From the NCBI GenBank assembly GCA_036496075.1, contig DASXLR010000149.1, positions 9,877 to 73,876 of the forward strand: a stretch of DNA of 64,000 nt, in the 5' to 3' direction. The notes beneath the pieces are model-generated. The model did no database searches. It worked only from the letters and a program-made list of their open reading frames with translations, and was not told where the DNA came from. The DNA comes from Paenibacillus sp. GTDB taxonomy: Bacteria; Bacillota; Bacilli; Paenibacillales; Paenibacillaceae. Shown piece by piece: positions 8,032 to 17,848 of this stretch; within the stretch, counting starts at the first letter, position 1, and each line of letters starts with the position of its first letter. The position numbers were made by a program, and so were the translations under genes.

Positions 8032-8195
8032 GTTGTTCCTCCATATCCATCTACCAGGTAGCTGTATGGAGCTATTTAAAACAATAAATTACAAAAGAGT
8101 TTACAGACCATTCCAAGATATAGTTCTATAACTTGGGGGCTAACAGTACGGAGTGACTCCATCTTTCACAAAATGGAACACTTAACCATTGTAAT

Positions 8196-8264
8196 ACCGC
8201 CACAATGATTTCTTCAATTCGTTTGTACGCACAAGAAAAGATTGAATATTATACCCTAGATAAC
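8196..8264 (+). repeat. Direct repeat, partner of 7005-7070
   Basis: Matches 7005-7070. Confidence 0.75.
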
Positions 8265-8281
8265 TTTTTACGGTTACATTA

Positions 8282-8327
8282 AACAGGTTGATTATGGTCA
8301 GATACTACCATGATTGACCTGTTTTTT
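8282..8327 (+). terminator. Intrinsic terminator-like hairpin
   Basis: AACAGGTTGATTATGGT..ACCATGATTGACCTGTT plus U-tract. Confidence 0.55.
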
Positions 8328-8843
8328 GTTGTATTCGTTTTCTTGCATTTTTTTCAAATTCATTCGAAACTGAACTGTAGAATACCCTATTTCGATATAT
8401 AGGCAGCGATTCCATTCGTAGGATGGGGAGAAGCGGGAGCCAAGTTCGTGGGAAAAGGGATTAGTGTGCATTCAATGCAGGTAAAAAATAGTGAAAGCAA
8501 CAGAGCGAGCCGTAGTTCGGTTGAAAATCGCTAATAATTCAGGGTCGGCTCTTTCGTGGATTATGTGTATTGTTGGAATAATTCTGATTCTTAATAGCTT
8601 GGATTATGTGTAGGGTTTAAAACTCATAAATTAAGCTATTATTCCGATAAAGTAAATAATGGATCTTTAGTAAAAAAGCAGGTTTTTATTCATCAGATTT
8701 TTTTTTGAACAATTTAGAGGTGTGACCACAAGTTGAAGAAGCTATGTATAATTCATGCCAATATATAAATTCATTCTGTTCTTCGGTTTGTTCTAGATTT
8801 ATTTAACGAATAGCACCATTAATCCATAGAAGGAGGGTCAAAA

Positions 8844-9488
8844 TTGACAGAGCACGAGATGTTTAAAGCTACAATCTATCCTATCGGTTTAGATTCTAGT
8901 AAAGTCATCATTCTTACGCCAGATTACATATTCGACGAAGTAAACCAAGATGAAGCGGAGCAATTTATTGAAAGTGTATATGGTGAAGAAGACTTTATTG
9001 ATAGTTTGGATCAAAATAAGGTACATAATATTGACACTATAGTAAGAGTTTCTTCTAACCAAAAAACGCATATAATCACGCTTAAAACTAAAGTGAACGG
9101 TAAGAAGGAAACAGACTTCCTCTCTATAGATAACCGCGAGCAAACGGAGAAATTTCTTCAAGAGTTATACCACTATCTTAAGGATGACTGCAGTTTCCAA
9201 GTGAAGGAGTATAGTCGTTTGACTGCAGCATTTAAACCATTATTAGCATTGCTTATCATTATCGGTTCAGGTGTATTTTTGACTTGGTTTGCCCATGAGG
9301 CACAGAATGGTCTTAGTAATGCTAGAGTCGTGAAAGTATCGGTATATTATTTATATAAGGCCATGGCTTTCATCGGACCCACTGGCGCTATAATTATTTC
9401 GGGGATTGCATTGTTGATTGGTATGGCAGTGCTGGCATACAGAGTGAAGAATCCACCAATCATGACATTTATCAAGAGAAACAGCTAG
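8844..9488 (+). CDS. Hypothetical membrane protein (two C-terminal TM helices)
   Basis: RBS AGGAGG; hydrophobic segments LLALLIIIGSGVFLTWF and AIIISGIALLIGMAVLAY. Confidence 0.7.
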   Translation: MTEHEMFKATIYPIGLDSSKVIILTPDYIFDEVNQDEAEQFIESVYGEEDFIDSLDQNKVHNIDTIVRVSSNQKTHIITLKTKVNGKKETDFLSIDNREQTEKFLQELYHYLKDDCSFQVKEYSRLTAAFKPLLALLIIIGSGVFLTWFAHEAQNGLSNARVVKVSVYYLYKAMAFIGPTGAIIISGIALLIGMAVLAYRVKNPPIMTFIKRNS

Positions 9489-9532
9489 ATTACTCATAAT
9501 CCAACAAGGTCATATTTCTGTATCGCAATAGA

Positions 9533-9574
9533 AATAACGGACGTCAGAAGTAATTCTAGGCGTCCGTTATTTTT
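9533..9574. terminator. Bidirectional terminator between convergent genes
   Basis: AATAACGGACGTC..GGCGTCCGTTATT. Confidence 0.7.
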
Positions 9575-9590
9575 GTATTCTTAAATTCGA

Positions 9591-11000
9591 TTATACCCAT
9601 CCGAACACCCGAGCAAGCTGCGCAACAGTAAATGTAACGCCAATGGCGATGCCGAGCGGTATAACTCCTGATAGTATGGTCCACTTCATACTTTTGGTTT
9701 CCTTGTAAATGTTCACGAGAGTCGTGCCGCACGGATAGTGGAGTAGGGAGAACAACATCATATTCAACGCTGTCAGCCATGTCCAGCCGTGATTCAGGAA
9801 GACATCCTTGATACTGCCAAGGCTGTCGATATCGACCATAGCTCCAGAGGACATATAGCCCATGAGCAGAATCGGCAGTACGATTTCATTCGCAGGTAGC
9901 CCGAGGATAAAAGCCATCATGATATAACCATCCATCCCTAACAAGTGAGCAAAAGGATCGAAGAAAGAGGCCATGTGATTCAGAATACTTTCTCCGCCTA
10001 CGAACATATTGCCTAGTATCCAAGTGATGATCCCGGCGGGAGCAGCAACGATGATGGCACGAGTAAGTACGTTTAGCGATTTATCCTTGGAGGAGATAAG
10101 AATAGTCTTCCAAATTTGCGGACGGCGATACGGCGGGAGTTCCAGCGTGTAATGCGTGGGAACGCCGCGCAGCGCAGTCTTGGACATCACCCAAGAAACA
10201 GTCAATGTGACGATGATACCGATCAGTACCATACCCATTAGCACGGATGCTGTTGTTAAAGTACGCATTGCACCGGTTGCCGCCGCTCCTGACATAAATA
10301 GTGATGACAGTAGAATTAGGGTAGGCCAGCGGCCGTTGCAGGGTACAAAGTTATTGGTTAGAATAGCCAACATTCGTTCACGAGGCGATTCGATAATGCG
10401 TGTAGAGAGGATAGCGGCCGCGTTGCAGCCGAAGCCCATCGACATGGTCAAAGCCTGCTTGCCGTGACCGCCCGATTTCTTGAATAACCGATCCATGTTG
10501 AAAGCGACGCGGGGCAGGTAACCGAAATTCTCCAATAGTGCGAATACGGGGAAGAAAATCATCATCGGTGGCAACATAACGCTGATAACCCATGATGTGC
10601 CCCGGTATAGTCCTAGAACAAGTACACCGTGCAGCCAATCCGGGGCATGACCGGCTTGAAATCCAGCGGTCAGATAACCTTCAACGAAACCGAAGAAGGA
10701 AGCGAGCCAACCTGAAGGATAATTGGCCCCAGCAATTGTAATCCAGAACACGACACCGAGGATGGAGAGCATAATGGGGAATCCCCATATCTTGGAGGTG
10801 ACAATATTATCGAGCTTATAAGTACTGTCCAGTTTCTTCTTATCGCGGTAGGTTACAGCATCATTGCAGATACCTGCGGATACACCGTAAATGCCGCTGA
10901 CAATCTCATCACGTATCGTTCCCCCATCAGCGAGTTTCTTTCCTGCTGACAGGAGGGAATCAAGAGCGTCAGGTCCCTTAGTGACATGCGGTGACTCCAT
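9591..11000 (-). CDS. feoB: FeoB membrane (Gate-domain) subunit of a split FeoB
   Basis: LLENFGYLPRVAFNMDRLF, MGFGCNAAA, FVPCNGR, LELPPYR.P, PCGTT. Confidence 0.9.
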   Translation of the reverse strand: MESPHVTKGPDALDSLLSAGKKLADGGTIRDEIVSGIYGVSAGICNDAVTYRDKKKLDSTYKLDNIVTSKIWGFPIMLSILGVVFWITIAGANYPSGWLASFFGFVEGYLTAGFQAGHAPDWLHGVLVLGLYRGTSWVISVMLPPMMIFFPVFALLENFGYLPRVAFNMDRLFKKSGGHGKQALTMSMGFGCNAAAILSTRIIESPRERMLAILTNNFVPCNGRWPTLILLSSLFMSGAAATGAMRTLTTASVLMGMVLIGIIVTLTVSWVMSKTALRGVPTHYTLELPPYRRPQIWKTILISSKDKSLNVLTRAIIVAAPAGIITWILGNMFVGGESILNHMASFFDPFAHLLGMDGYIMMAFILGLPANEIVLPILLMGYMSSGAMVDIDSLGSIKDVFLNHGWTWLTALNMMLFSLLHYPCGTTLVNIYKETKSMKWTILSGVIPLGIAIGVTFTVAQLARVFGWV

Positions 11001-11709
11001 GGCTAATAACCTCCTTTGTTACGTGAGTAGCTTCGCGGCCCATGTTCGCTTTGAGCGAAGCAAGTAGGCTATCGTCACCGTCCAGCAGGCGCAGTGCGAT
11101 CCAACGTGCCGGATATTTGGAACCGATCGTTTGCTCTACCATTGGCGTGAGTTGGGCAATTCCACGTTCAATCTCATCGGTGTAAGTGATTCGTAACGGC
11201 TGGGCAGTGAAGGCGCCAGTAGCGACACGTTCCACCTGATCCAATAATGCTTCAATGCCTATTTTATTGCGTGCCGATATCGCTACTACAGGAACACCGA
11301 GCCGCTTAGATATCGCCTTTAGGTTGATGTCGATGCCGAGTCTACGGGCTTCATCAATCAGGTTAATACAGACAACCGCCCGTCCGGTGATTTCCAGTAC
11401 CTGAAGTGCGAGGTTCAGATTGCGTTCCAGCGAAGTAGCGTCAAGCACGACAAGCGTCACATCCGGCTGCTCAAAAATAATATAATCTCTGGCGGCCTCT
11501 TCATCTGCGGAGTTAGAATACAACGAATACGTTCCGGGGAGATCGACCGCACGATACGTATGTTCTTTGTGAGTAAACTCTCCTTCAGCGGTAATGACTG
11601 TCTTGCCCGCCCAGTTACCCGTATGCTGACGCATTCCGGTCAGCAGGTTGAATAGTGTGCTTTTGCCCGTATTAGGATTGCCTGCAAAAGCGACGGTATA
11701 ATGGCTCAT
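10978..11709 (-). CDS. feoB: FeoB N-terminal GTPase as a separate protein
   Basis: GNPNTGKSTLFN.LTG.RQHTGNW.GKTV, DLPGTYSL, NLIDEA. Confidence 0.9.
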   Translation of the reverse strand: MSHYTVAFAGNPNTGKSTLFNLLTGMRQHTGNWAGKTVITAEGEFTHKEHTYRAVDLPGTYSLYSNSADEEAARDYIIFEQPDVTLVVLDATSLERNLNLALQVLEITGRAVVCINLIDEARRLGIDINLKAISKRLGVPVVAISARNKIGIEALLDQVERVATGAFTAQPLRITYTDEIERGIAQLTPMVEQTIGSKYPARWIALRLLDGDDSLLASLKANMGREATHVTKEVISHGVTACH

Positions 11710-11960
11710 GTCTCTACACCTCCGATCAATTCACCGTAAATCAGTGAGCTTTCTTCCCTGCGAAGGGCGATAGTCGTGTTGCTTACCCGAAAGGCTGTGG
11801 GATCTCCAAGAGGACTGCGTCGCAGTACCTCTATGACATTCCCAACCACAAAACCAAGGTCAAGTAATCTTCTTCTTAACACGCCCTGTACTTCGATGCC
11901 GCTGATGCGCAGCACGCTGCCGTTCTTGGCTTCAGACAAAGGAATACCTGTTCCAGCCAT
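11706..11960 (-). CDS. feoA: FeoA
   Basis: RRRLLDLGF..G..IEVLRRSPLGDP......IALRREE; RBS GAAGGAG before ATG 11960. Confidence 0.92.
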   Translation of the reverse strand: MAGTGIPLSEAKNGSVLRISGIEVQGVLRRRLLDLGFVVGNVIEVLRRSPLGDPTAFRVSNTTIALRREESSLIYGELIGGVET

Positions 11961-12099
11961 AGAATCTCCTTCTTTCATCTACTGATTCGTGCGATATATG
12001 TTGTCCATCGAATATACTTTTGTAGTCTGCCACAATATTAGTATACGTAAATAAATTTGTCCTTGCAACAAAAAAGTTGCGCTAGGGCAATAAAAAACA

Positions 12100-12327
12100 C
12101 ACCCAACGGAGTAGACAGACATCACCATTGGAATGGTCCTTATTATCCGCTGAAGCCTAGTAGCTTAACGGATTATACGGAGAATGAGTTAGAGAAAAAT
12201 GCAGAAGGCGGATATTCATGCACCTCGCAAAGAAGCTCGCATACGCAAAGCTCGAATAGTCAGAGGCGAATATTATGATGCCATTAAGATGGGAATTCTT
12301 CGTGAGGAATGGGAGAATACCTTGTAA
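12100..12327 (+). pseudogene. Internally deleted RimJ/RimL-type GNAT acetyltransferase remnant
   Basis: N-terminal WNGPYYP in one frame, C-terminal EARIRKARIVRGEYYDAIKMGILREEW* in another; middle missing. Confidence 0.7.
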
Positions 12328-12769
12328 TGTAACAGCGAGTTTTTTTTTGAAAACGTGAACAGAGGTGTCTTTTTTATCCGTTTTTTCTCCTCGTTTTTCG
12401 CTTAATACCCTAAATTTGAAACATTCGTTTGCTAGATTCATATTTTCTTAAACCTAAACTTCGAGGACGAGTTGTCCTCTCTTAGCAGATGAAAAATGAT
12501 ATGAATGGATGATAATATACTTATGTACTAAAATCTGCTGTTTTCTCAATATATCTCTATAATATATCCCGTTTTCTTCGTTTTTCATAATGTAAAATGT
12601 AAATAATTGTATGTACAAAATAAAAAAATAAATATATTTTTCAGAAAATAACAATAACAGCGCTTTCATAGGTTGCTATTTTTGGGTTTATTTACTATTA
12701 TTTATTAATAATTACTGTCGAAGGATGTTGGTGAATTTAACCCACTTATTTACATTATATTGTCGTTTG

Positions 12770-12873
12770 GACACGATAAAAAGACCTACCTCACAGGGCG
12801 GTGGTCTGAACCCGTTGGCAAAATGGATTTATCGGATTTAGTGTCGGATTAACTGTCTGGAGAGCAGTTTAAT
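12770..12873 (+). ncRNA. Candidate structured leader RNA upstream of the GT2 operon
   Basis: Nested pairings GACAC/GTGTC, GATAA/TTATC, AGACC.ACC/GGT.GGTCT, CCGTT/AATGG and a following AACTG/CAGTT hairpin. Confidence 0.4.
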
Positions 12874-12916
12874 TCATAGCATTACTAGCTTTAAATAGAT
12901 AAAAAGGAGTGAGGAT

Positions 12917-14242
12917 ATGCAGTTCTTTTTTTATATGTCAACCATCATTTTTATTGGATTTCAAATTCTTTACACAGTTATTCCCTTGTTTTCCAGTAAA
13001 GTCAAGAAATTAAATACCGATTGTGCTGAAAAATCGATCTCCGTTTTAGTTCCTGCCTATAACGAGGAGCTCACCATTAAGAATTGTATAGATGCAATGG
13101 AAGGCTTAAATTACAGTAACTACGAAGTCATCATTATTAATGATGGTTCGAAGGATCAGACCTTTCAAACGTTAAACGAGCTTTTGGACTTATCACTAAG
13201 TGAAAGAGAGGCAGATTGTAAGCTTACATACGCAGCTATTAAAGGAATCTATCATTCGGAAAAATATAAAAACATATTTGTAATTGATAAATTTAATGGT
13301 GGAAAGGCAGATTCTCTTAATGCGGGTATTGATTGCGCAAATTCTGATATTGTTATCACGCTAGACGCAGATAGCATGTTAGAGATCAACTCGCTTAAAT
13401 ATGTGAATCAATATTTCCATGATGACAAGATCATCGCTTTAGGCGGTACTGTAAAGATCGTACAGGGCGCTGAGAAAAAGAATGGAGTTATCATAGATAA
13501 ATTTACTGGTAAAGGCATTATAAAAAGCCAAGTGATCAGTTACATCCATGGCTTCTATGTGAGAAAACTAACACAATCCGCATTTAATTCCATTGTGGTT
13601 ATTTCAGGAGCATTCGGCGCTTTTTATAAGAGTATATTGGTAGACGTAAACGGGTTTAGAAGCACTGTAGGTGAAGATATTGATATCACCTTGAAAATTC
13701 ACGAGTACATTAAAGCGAATAACTTGGATAAGAAGCTTGTCTACGCACCAGAAGCTGTATGCTACACGGAATGCCCAGAAAATATAACTAACTTCTATAA
13801 GCAAAGAATACGTTGGCAAAAAGCTTATGTAGATTGCATATTAATCTATTGGTCTAAATTATCGCGAAAGTTTAGCTTTGGCGTCAGTATCTTTTTTGCT
13901 ATCGATGGATTTGTTCTAGGCACATTAACGGCATTTACAACCATTTTTTATATCATACAAAGTCTCTTTCTAGGTACAAATTTATTTCAAGTACTCATTC
14001 TTATGTCGTCTGTTCTTTTAATTAATGCGCTGCAAATTGGGGTTTCTCTATACTTATGCAAAAAATATGGCAGCAATTATTCACTTAAAGATTATTTCCG
14101 GATGTTTGTGTTTAGCCAGATTGAATTATTAACCTATCGTAATCTGTTACTTTATATGAATATCGTAGGCACGTTTAAATACTTTGATAATGACGAGGGT
14201 TGGGGATTCGTTGAGAGAAAAGGTGTTTCAAGCATAAGTTAA
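12917..14242 (+). CDS. Processive GT2 glycosyltransferase (IcaA/PgaC/chitin-synthase-like)
   Basis: PAYNEE, DGSKD, GGKADSLN, DADS, GED, QRIRW motifs; N- and C-terminal TM helices. Confidence 0.9.
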   Translation: MQFFFYMSTIIFIGFQILYTVIPLFSSKVKKLNTDCAEKSISVLVPAYNEELTIKNCIDAMEGLNYSNYEVIIINDGSKDQTFQTLNELLDLSLSEREADCKLTYAAIKGIYHSEKYKNIFVIDKFNGGKADSLNAGIDCANSDIVITLDADSMLEINSLKYVNQYFHDDKIIALGGTVKIVQGAEKKNGVIIDKFTGKGIIKSQVISYIHGFYVRKLTQSAFNSIVVISGAFGAFYKSILVDVNGFRSTVGEDIDITLKIHEYIKANNLDKKLVYAPEAVCYTECPENITNFYKQRIRWQKAYVDCILIYWSKLSRKFSFGVSIFFAIDGFVLGTLTAFTTIFYIIQSLFLGTNLFQVLILMSSVLLINALQIGVSLYLCKKYGSNYSLKDYFRMFVFSQIELLTYRNLLLYMNIVGTFKYFDNDEGWGFVERKGVSSIS

Positions 14243-14286
14243 TCCCTACAATAACTATGAGAAAACTACTACTATAGGAGGCACAA

Positions 14287-15387
14287 ATGAGTCATATACT
14301 AAAGGATAAGCGAGTTATATTTATAGATATTTTAAGAATACTGTCCATCATAGCTGTCATCATTTTGCACTACACGGCAGACTTACTTACAAGGACAAAT
14401 GATTTCAACACATCATCATGGTGGATTAGTAATATTTTCAATTCGATATCCAGATTTGCCGTTCCGGTATTTTTTATGATTAGTGGCTCGATGATCTTGA
14501 GAGTTGAAGTGAAATCATATCGACGATTTTATATAAAAAAAGTACTTCCTTTAATCATTTCTTTAGTGAGCTGGTCACTTATTTATGCCATTTACACCCA
14601 ATATTTCATTCTAAAAAGTAGCATGGGTGTCTATGATTTCTTCGTTCAGTTTGGTTATGGTTTAATGTATGATAGAAATTATGTGCATTTATGGTTTTTA
14701 TATGCGATTATTGCGATTTACATAACTGTTCCATTAATTAGTAGGTTGGTAAAAGCGTGCAGTGAAAAAGATTTAAGATATTTTCTACTGTGCTGGTTCT
14801 TGATAAGTGTGGTCTATAGATTCATCTCAGATATCGTGTTTAGGGCGACCTCCGAGTATATCAATATCCCTATAGCCAATATCCCTTTATTCACAGGTTA
14901 TCTAGGATATTTTATTTTAGGGTATTATCTCTATAACTATACGATATCGCTGAGAGCCAAAAATCTTTTCTATAACTTGGGCGTAATCTCCCTTTTTGTA
15001 ACGCCAGTAGCTACGTATTTTGCATCTTTTTACAGTGGTATTCTAGATGAGATGTTCTACAACCCTTATTCACTCACAACATTTTTTATGGCTACTGGAA
15101 TGTTTGTTTATTTCAAAGAGAAAGAAACGGTTATTAGTGAGAAGATCAATTACAAAATCAAAAAAATAATTAGCTCCGTTTCCAAAGCAAGCTTTAGTAT
15201 CTACTTAATTCATTTGTTAGTTGAAATCATGGTATCTAGAAGAGCAGAAATAGATGCTACTTTACTCCAAACAACATTTAGTCTTATTTTTAATGTGGCT
15301 ATTATTTTCTCAATTAGCTATATCACGGTTAAGGTCTTAAATCTAAATAAATATATCACACAAATATTATTTGGAGGTAAAAGTTAA
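14287..15387 (+). CDS. Acyltransferase-3 family membrane O-acyltransferase
   Basis: FIDILR....AVI.LH, RFAVPVFFMISG, HLWFLY, SFSIYLIH; many TM segments. Confidence 0.88.
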   Translation: MSHILKDKRVIFIDILRILSIIAVIILHYTADLLTRTNDFNTSSWWISNIFNSISRFAVPVFFMISGSMILRVEVKSYRRFYIKKVLPLIISLVSWSLIYAIYTQYFILKSSMGVYDFFVQFGYGLMYDRNYVHLWFLYAIIAIYITVPLISRLVKACSEKDLRYFLLCWFLISVVYRFISDIVFRATSEYINIPIANIPLFTGYLGYFILGYYLYNYTISLRAKNLFYNLGVISLFVTPVATYFASFYSGILDEMFYNPYSLTTFFMATGMFVYFKEKETVISEKINYKIKKIISSVSKASFSIYLIHLLVEIMVSRRAEIDATLLQTTFSLIFNVAIIFSISYITVKVLNLNKYITQILFGGKS

Positions 15388-15388
15388 C

Positions 15389-16531
15389 ATGATAAAAATA
15401 AGCCTTTATACGAAAGCCTTCTTAGCTATATTGGTTATAGGTATGGGCATTTACTTTTACGATGTCAATTATTCAGACCCCAAAAAAATAACCTCTGTGT
15501 ACATACCGATATGGAAAGATTTTAAAGATATTAATCTAAAAGATAAAAACATCGATATCGCTATTATCGCCTTTGCCAAAATTGATAACACGAATGTATA
15601 TTTTGATCTAGACCCTGCTAAAAATGAGGAAATCAAAGAAAATATAAAGAAACTACAAATGAATAATAAAAAAACAAGCTTCATACTTGGCGTTGGTGGC
15701 TATAAAGCGGATGGATTTTCTGATGCTTCGCTGGATGGAAATCGGTACCACTTTACTGAGAGTATGATTGCAATGGTTAAAGAGTTAGATTTAGATGGGA
15801 TCGATATAGACTGGGAATATCCAGCTTTTGATTCATGGAATACGACTAAAGCGAGACCTGAAGATACCAAGAACTTTACTAATCTGATGAAGGAACTTAA
15901 AGAAAAATTGGATAGACTCCCGCGTAAAAATAAGAATTACTATTTAACCTTTGCTGCTGGGAACGAAGATTGGTTCTTCAAAAACGTTGAGATTAACAAA
16001 GTGGAAAAGTATGTGGATTTCATTAATGTCATGAGTTATGACTTAACGGGTGCTTGGTCAGATACGACAGGGTATAATTCGAATTTATTTAAAGATAAGA
16101 ATGAGAAGAGTATAACTAGCGTAGATCGTATTATTAATTTATATTTAGATCGTAATGTTGATCCTAAAAAGCTTCTCTTAGGGATTCCAGCGTATTCCTA
16201 CGCATGGGAGAATGTAAAAAGCGCTACGAATAAGGATGCCGCTTTTTCCTCGGGCAAGCCTATTGATATCAACAAAGTAGATTTGAGCTACAAGACTATA
16301 AAAGAAAAATACTTAAATCAAGATGGGTTTAAGCGATACTACGACGATACAGCGAAGACAGCCTATTTATATGATGGTGATACTTTTATAACCTATGAAG
16401 ATCAAGAGGCTTTGAAGGCAAAAGTTAAATATATTAAAGATAAAAGTCTAGCTGGTGCTATGGTGTGGGAATACTCTCAAGACTCCGATGATGGCATTGT
16501 AAAGTACTTAGCTGATAACCTGAACAAGTAG
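15389..16531 (+). CDS. GH18 chitinase-like hydrolase with N-terminal membrane anchor
   Basis: Catalytic DGIDIDWEYP, MSYD, LLGIPAY, GAMVWE; RBS GGAGG at 15373. Confidence 0.92.
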   Translation: MIKISLYTKAFLAILVIGMGIYFYDVNYSDPKKITSVYIPIWKDFKDINLKDKNIDIAIIAFAKIDNTNVYFDLDPAKNEEIKENIKKLQMNNKKTSFILGVGGYKADGFSDASLDGNRYHFTESMIAMVKELDLDGIDIDWEYPAFDSWNTTKARPEDTKNFTNLMKELKEKLDRLPRKNKNYYLTFAAGNEDWFFKNVEINKVEKYVDFINVMSYDLTGAWSDTTGYNSNLFKDKNEKSITSVDRIINLYLDRNVDPKKLLLGIPAYSYAWENVKSATNKDAAFSSGKPIDINKVDLSYKTIKEKYLNQDGFKRYYDDTAKTAYLYDGDTFITYEDQEALKAKVKYIKDKSLAGAMVWEYSQDSDDGIVKYLADNLNK

Positions 16532-16653
16532 TATCCGTTCGAAACATATTTATTGGATTCCATCGCATACTTCAATATGCGACGTGAATTCTCTGGATTA
16601 TTGTTTTACAGTAAGGTACGTAATAATAAAGGCTGAGGGTAATGTAGTCTGAG

Positions 16654-16680
16654 AAGCCGTGGCATATTGCCGCGGCTTTT
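16654..16680 (+). terminator. Terminator after the GH18 gene
   Basis: AAGCCGTGGC..GCCGCGGCTTTT. Confidence 0.65.
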
Positions 16681-16700
16681 ATGCGTGCACTAGAATCTTC

Positions 16701-16753
16701 TTGAAATCGCTACGCGAGGAAGCTATAATGAGTTATCGAAACGTTTCGATAAC
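16701..16753 (+). promoter_or_regulatory. SigA promoter plus LacI-type operator
   Basis: TTGAAA-17-TATAAT followed by perfect palindrome GTTATCGAAACGTTTCGATAAC (16732-16753). Confidence 0.85.
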
Positions 16754-16831
16754 AGTTGGAAGAAATGAAATAGAAAATGTAATTCAAAGAAACGTATGAA
16801 TGATTTTGAAAGAATAGGGAGCGAGAAACGT

Positions 16832-17821
16832 ATGGCAACGATTAAGGATGTGGCGAAGCTAGCAGGGGTCGCTTTGTCTACCGCTTCGTATGCGCTAAGT
16901 GGAGATAGTAAGGTGAGCGTGAAGACAAGGGCAAAGGTTGTTGAAGCTGCTAGGCAGTTGAATTACCGCAAAAATGGGATCGCTATGGACTTAAAACGGA
17001 GCAATACGAACACAATCGCCCTTATACTAACGGACATGTCAGGTCCATATTATTCTGAATTGATTCATAGTGTACAAGAGGTTACGCTCACGAATGGCTA
17101 CGATTTAATAGCATGTAGCTCTATGGGGGGGAAAGATTCAACTGCAGTTAAGTTTCTGCGTGAACATAGAGTAGATGGCGCCATCGTGCTTGCCTACAAT
17201 ATTCATGATGAAGTATTAATTGAGGCGTCTGCGCAGGGCTTTCCTATTATCGTGATGGATCGTGAAATATCAAGTGATGATCTGGTTAACGTGCTGGTGG
17301 ATGGTGAACAGGGTGGCTATACAGCTACGCGTCATCTGATTGATCATGGACATCGTACAATTGCTTACATCAGTGGACCTGCTAATTCCTATGATAATCA
17401 GCTTCGGTATCAAGGATACTTACGAGCGATGGCAGAAGCGAAATTAGAGGAACAGTCCAAATGGCGACTTAATGGTAATTTCGTACGAGAAGGTGGATAT
17501 AGTGCCACCAAAATGCTGATCATGCAAGGGGAACTTCCTTCGGCTGTCTTTTATGGTAACGATGAAATGGCCGTAGGTGGGTTGAAAGCATTCGAAGATA
17601 GTGGGATCTCTATCCCTGAAGATGTTTCAGTCATTGGATTTGATGACATTCAATTAGCGGAGTATGTTAATCCTCCATTGACAACGATTCGTCAGCCCAA
17701 GAGAGAGGCGGGTTCACTCGCCGCACATCTTCTGTTCCAGAAACTTAGTGGGGCAGACGTGAATCTTAATTATAAATTAATGATTGAAATGGTAGAAAGA
17801 AATTCTGTGAGAAGAGTCTAA
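16832..17821 (+). CDS. LacI-family transcriptional regulator
   Basis: MATIKDVAKLAGVALSTASYAL HTH; IPEDVSVIGFDD, PPLTTIRQP. Confidence 0.95.
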   Translation: MATIKDVAKLAGVALSTASYALSGDSKVSVKTRAKVVEAARQLNYRKNGIAMDLKRSNTNTIALILTDMSGPYYSELIHSVQEVTLTNGYDLIACSSMGGKDSTAVKFLREHRVDGAIVLAYNIHDEVLIEASAQGFPIIVMDREISSDDLVNVLVDGEQGGYTATRHLIDHGHRTIAYISGPANSYDNQLRYQGYLRAMAEAKLEEQSKWRLNGNFVREGGYSATKMLIMQGELPSAVFYGNDEMAVGGLKAFEDSGISIPEDVSVIGFDDIQLAEYVNPPLTTIRQPKREAGSLAAHLLFQKLSGADVNLNYKLMIEMVERNSVRRV

Positions 17822-17848
17822 CTATAGTAGTGTAGGAGGTGAGTTGAG

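Noticed and set aside
471-8264. Repeats as a CRISPR array
   Set aside because: Copies are long, degenerate, irregularly spaced and separated by genes; no cas genes
10978-11000. feoB split as a frameshift pseudogene
   Set aside because: The downstream half has its own strong RBS and ATG, and both halves are intact
12157-12669. Minus-strand ORFs 12157-12441 and 12454-12669
   Set aside because: Low-complexity AT-rich translations with no RBS; likely non-coding
12770-12873. c-di-GMP-I riboswitch
   Set aside because: Lacks the GGCAAAC..GAAA..GACGCAAAGC arrangement; kept only as an unassigned structured leader
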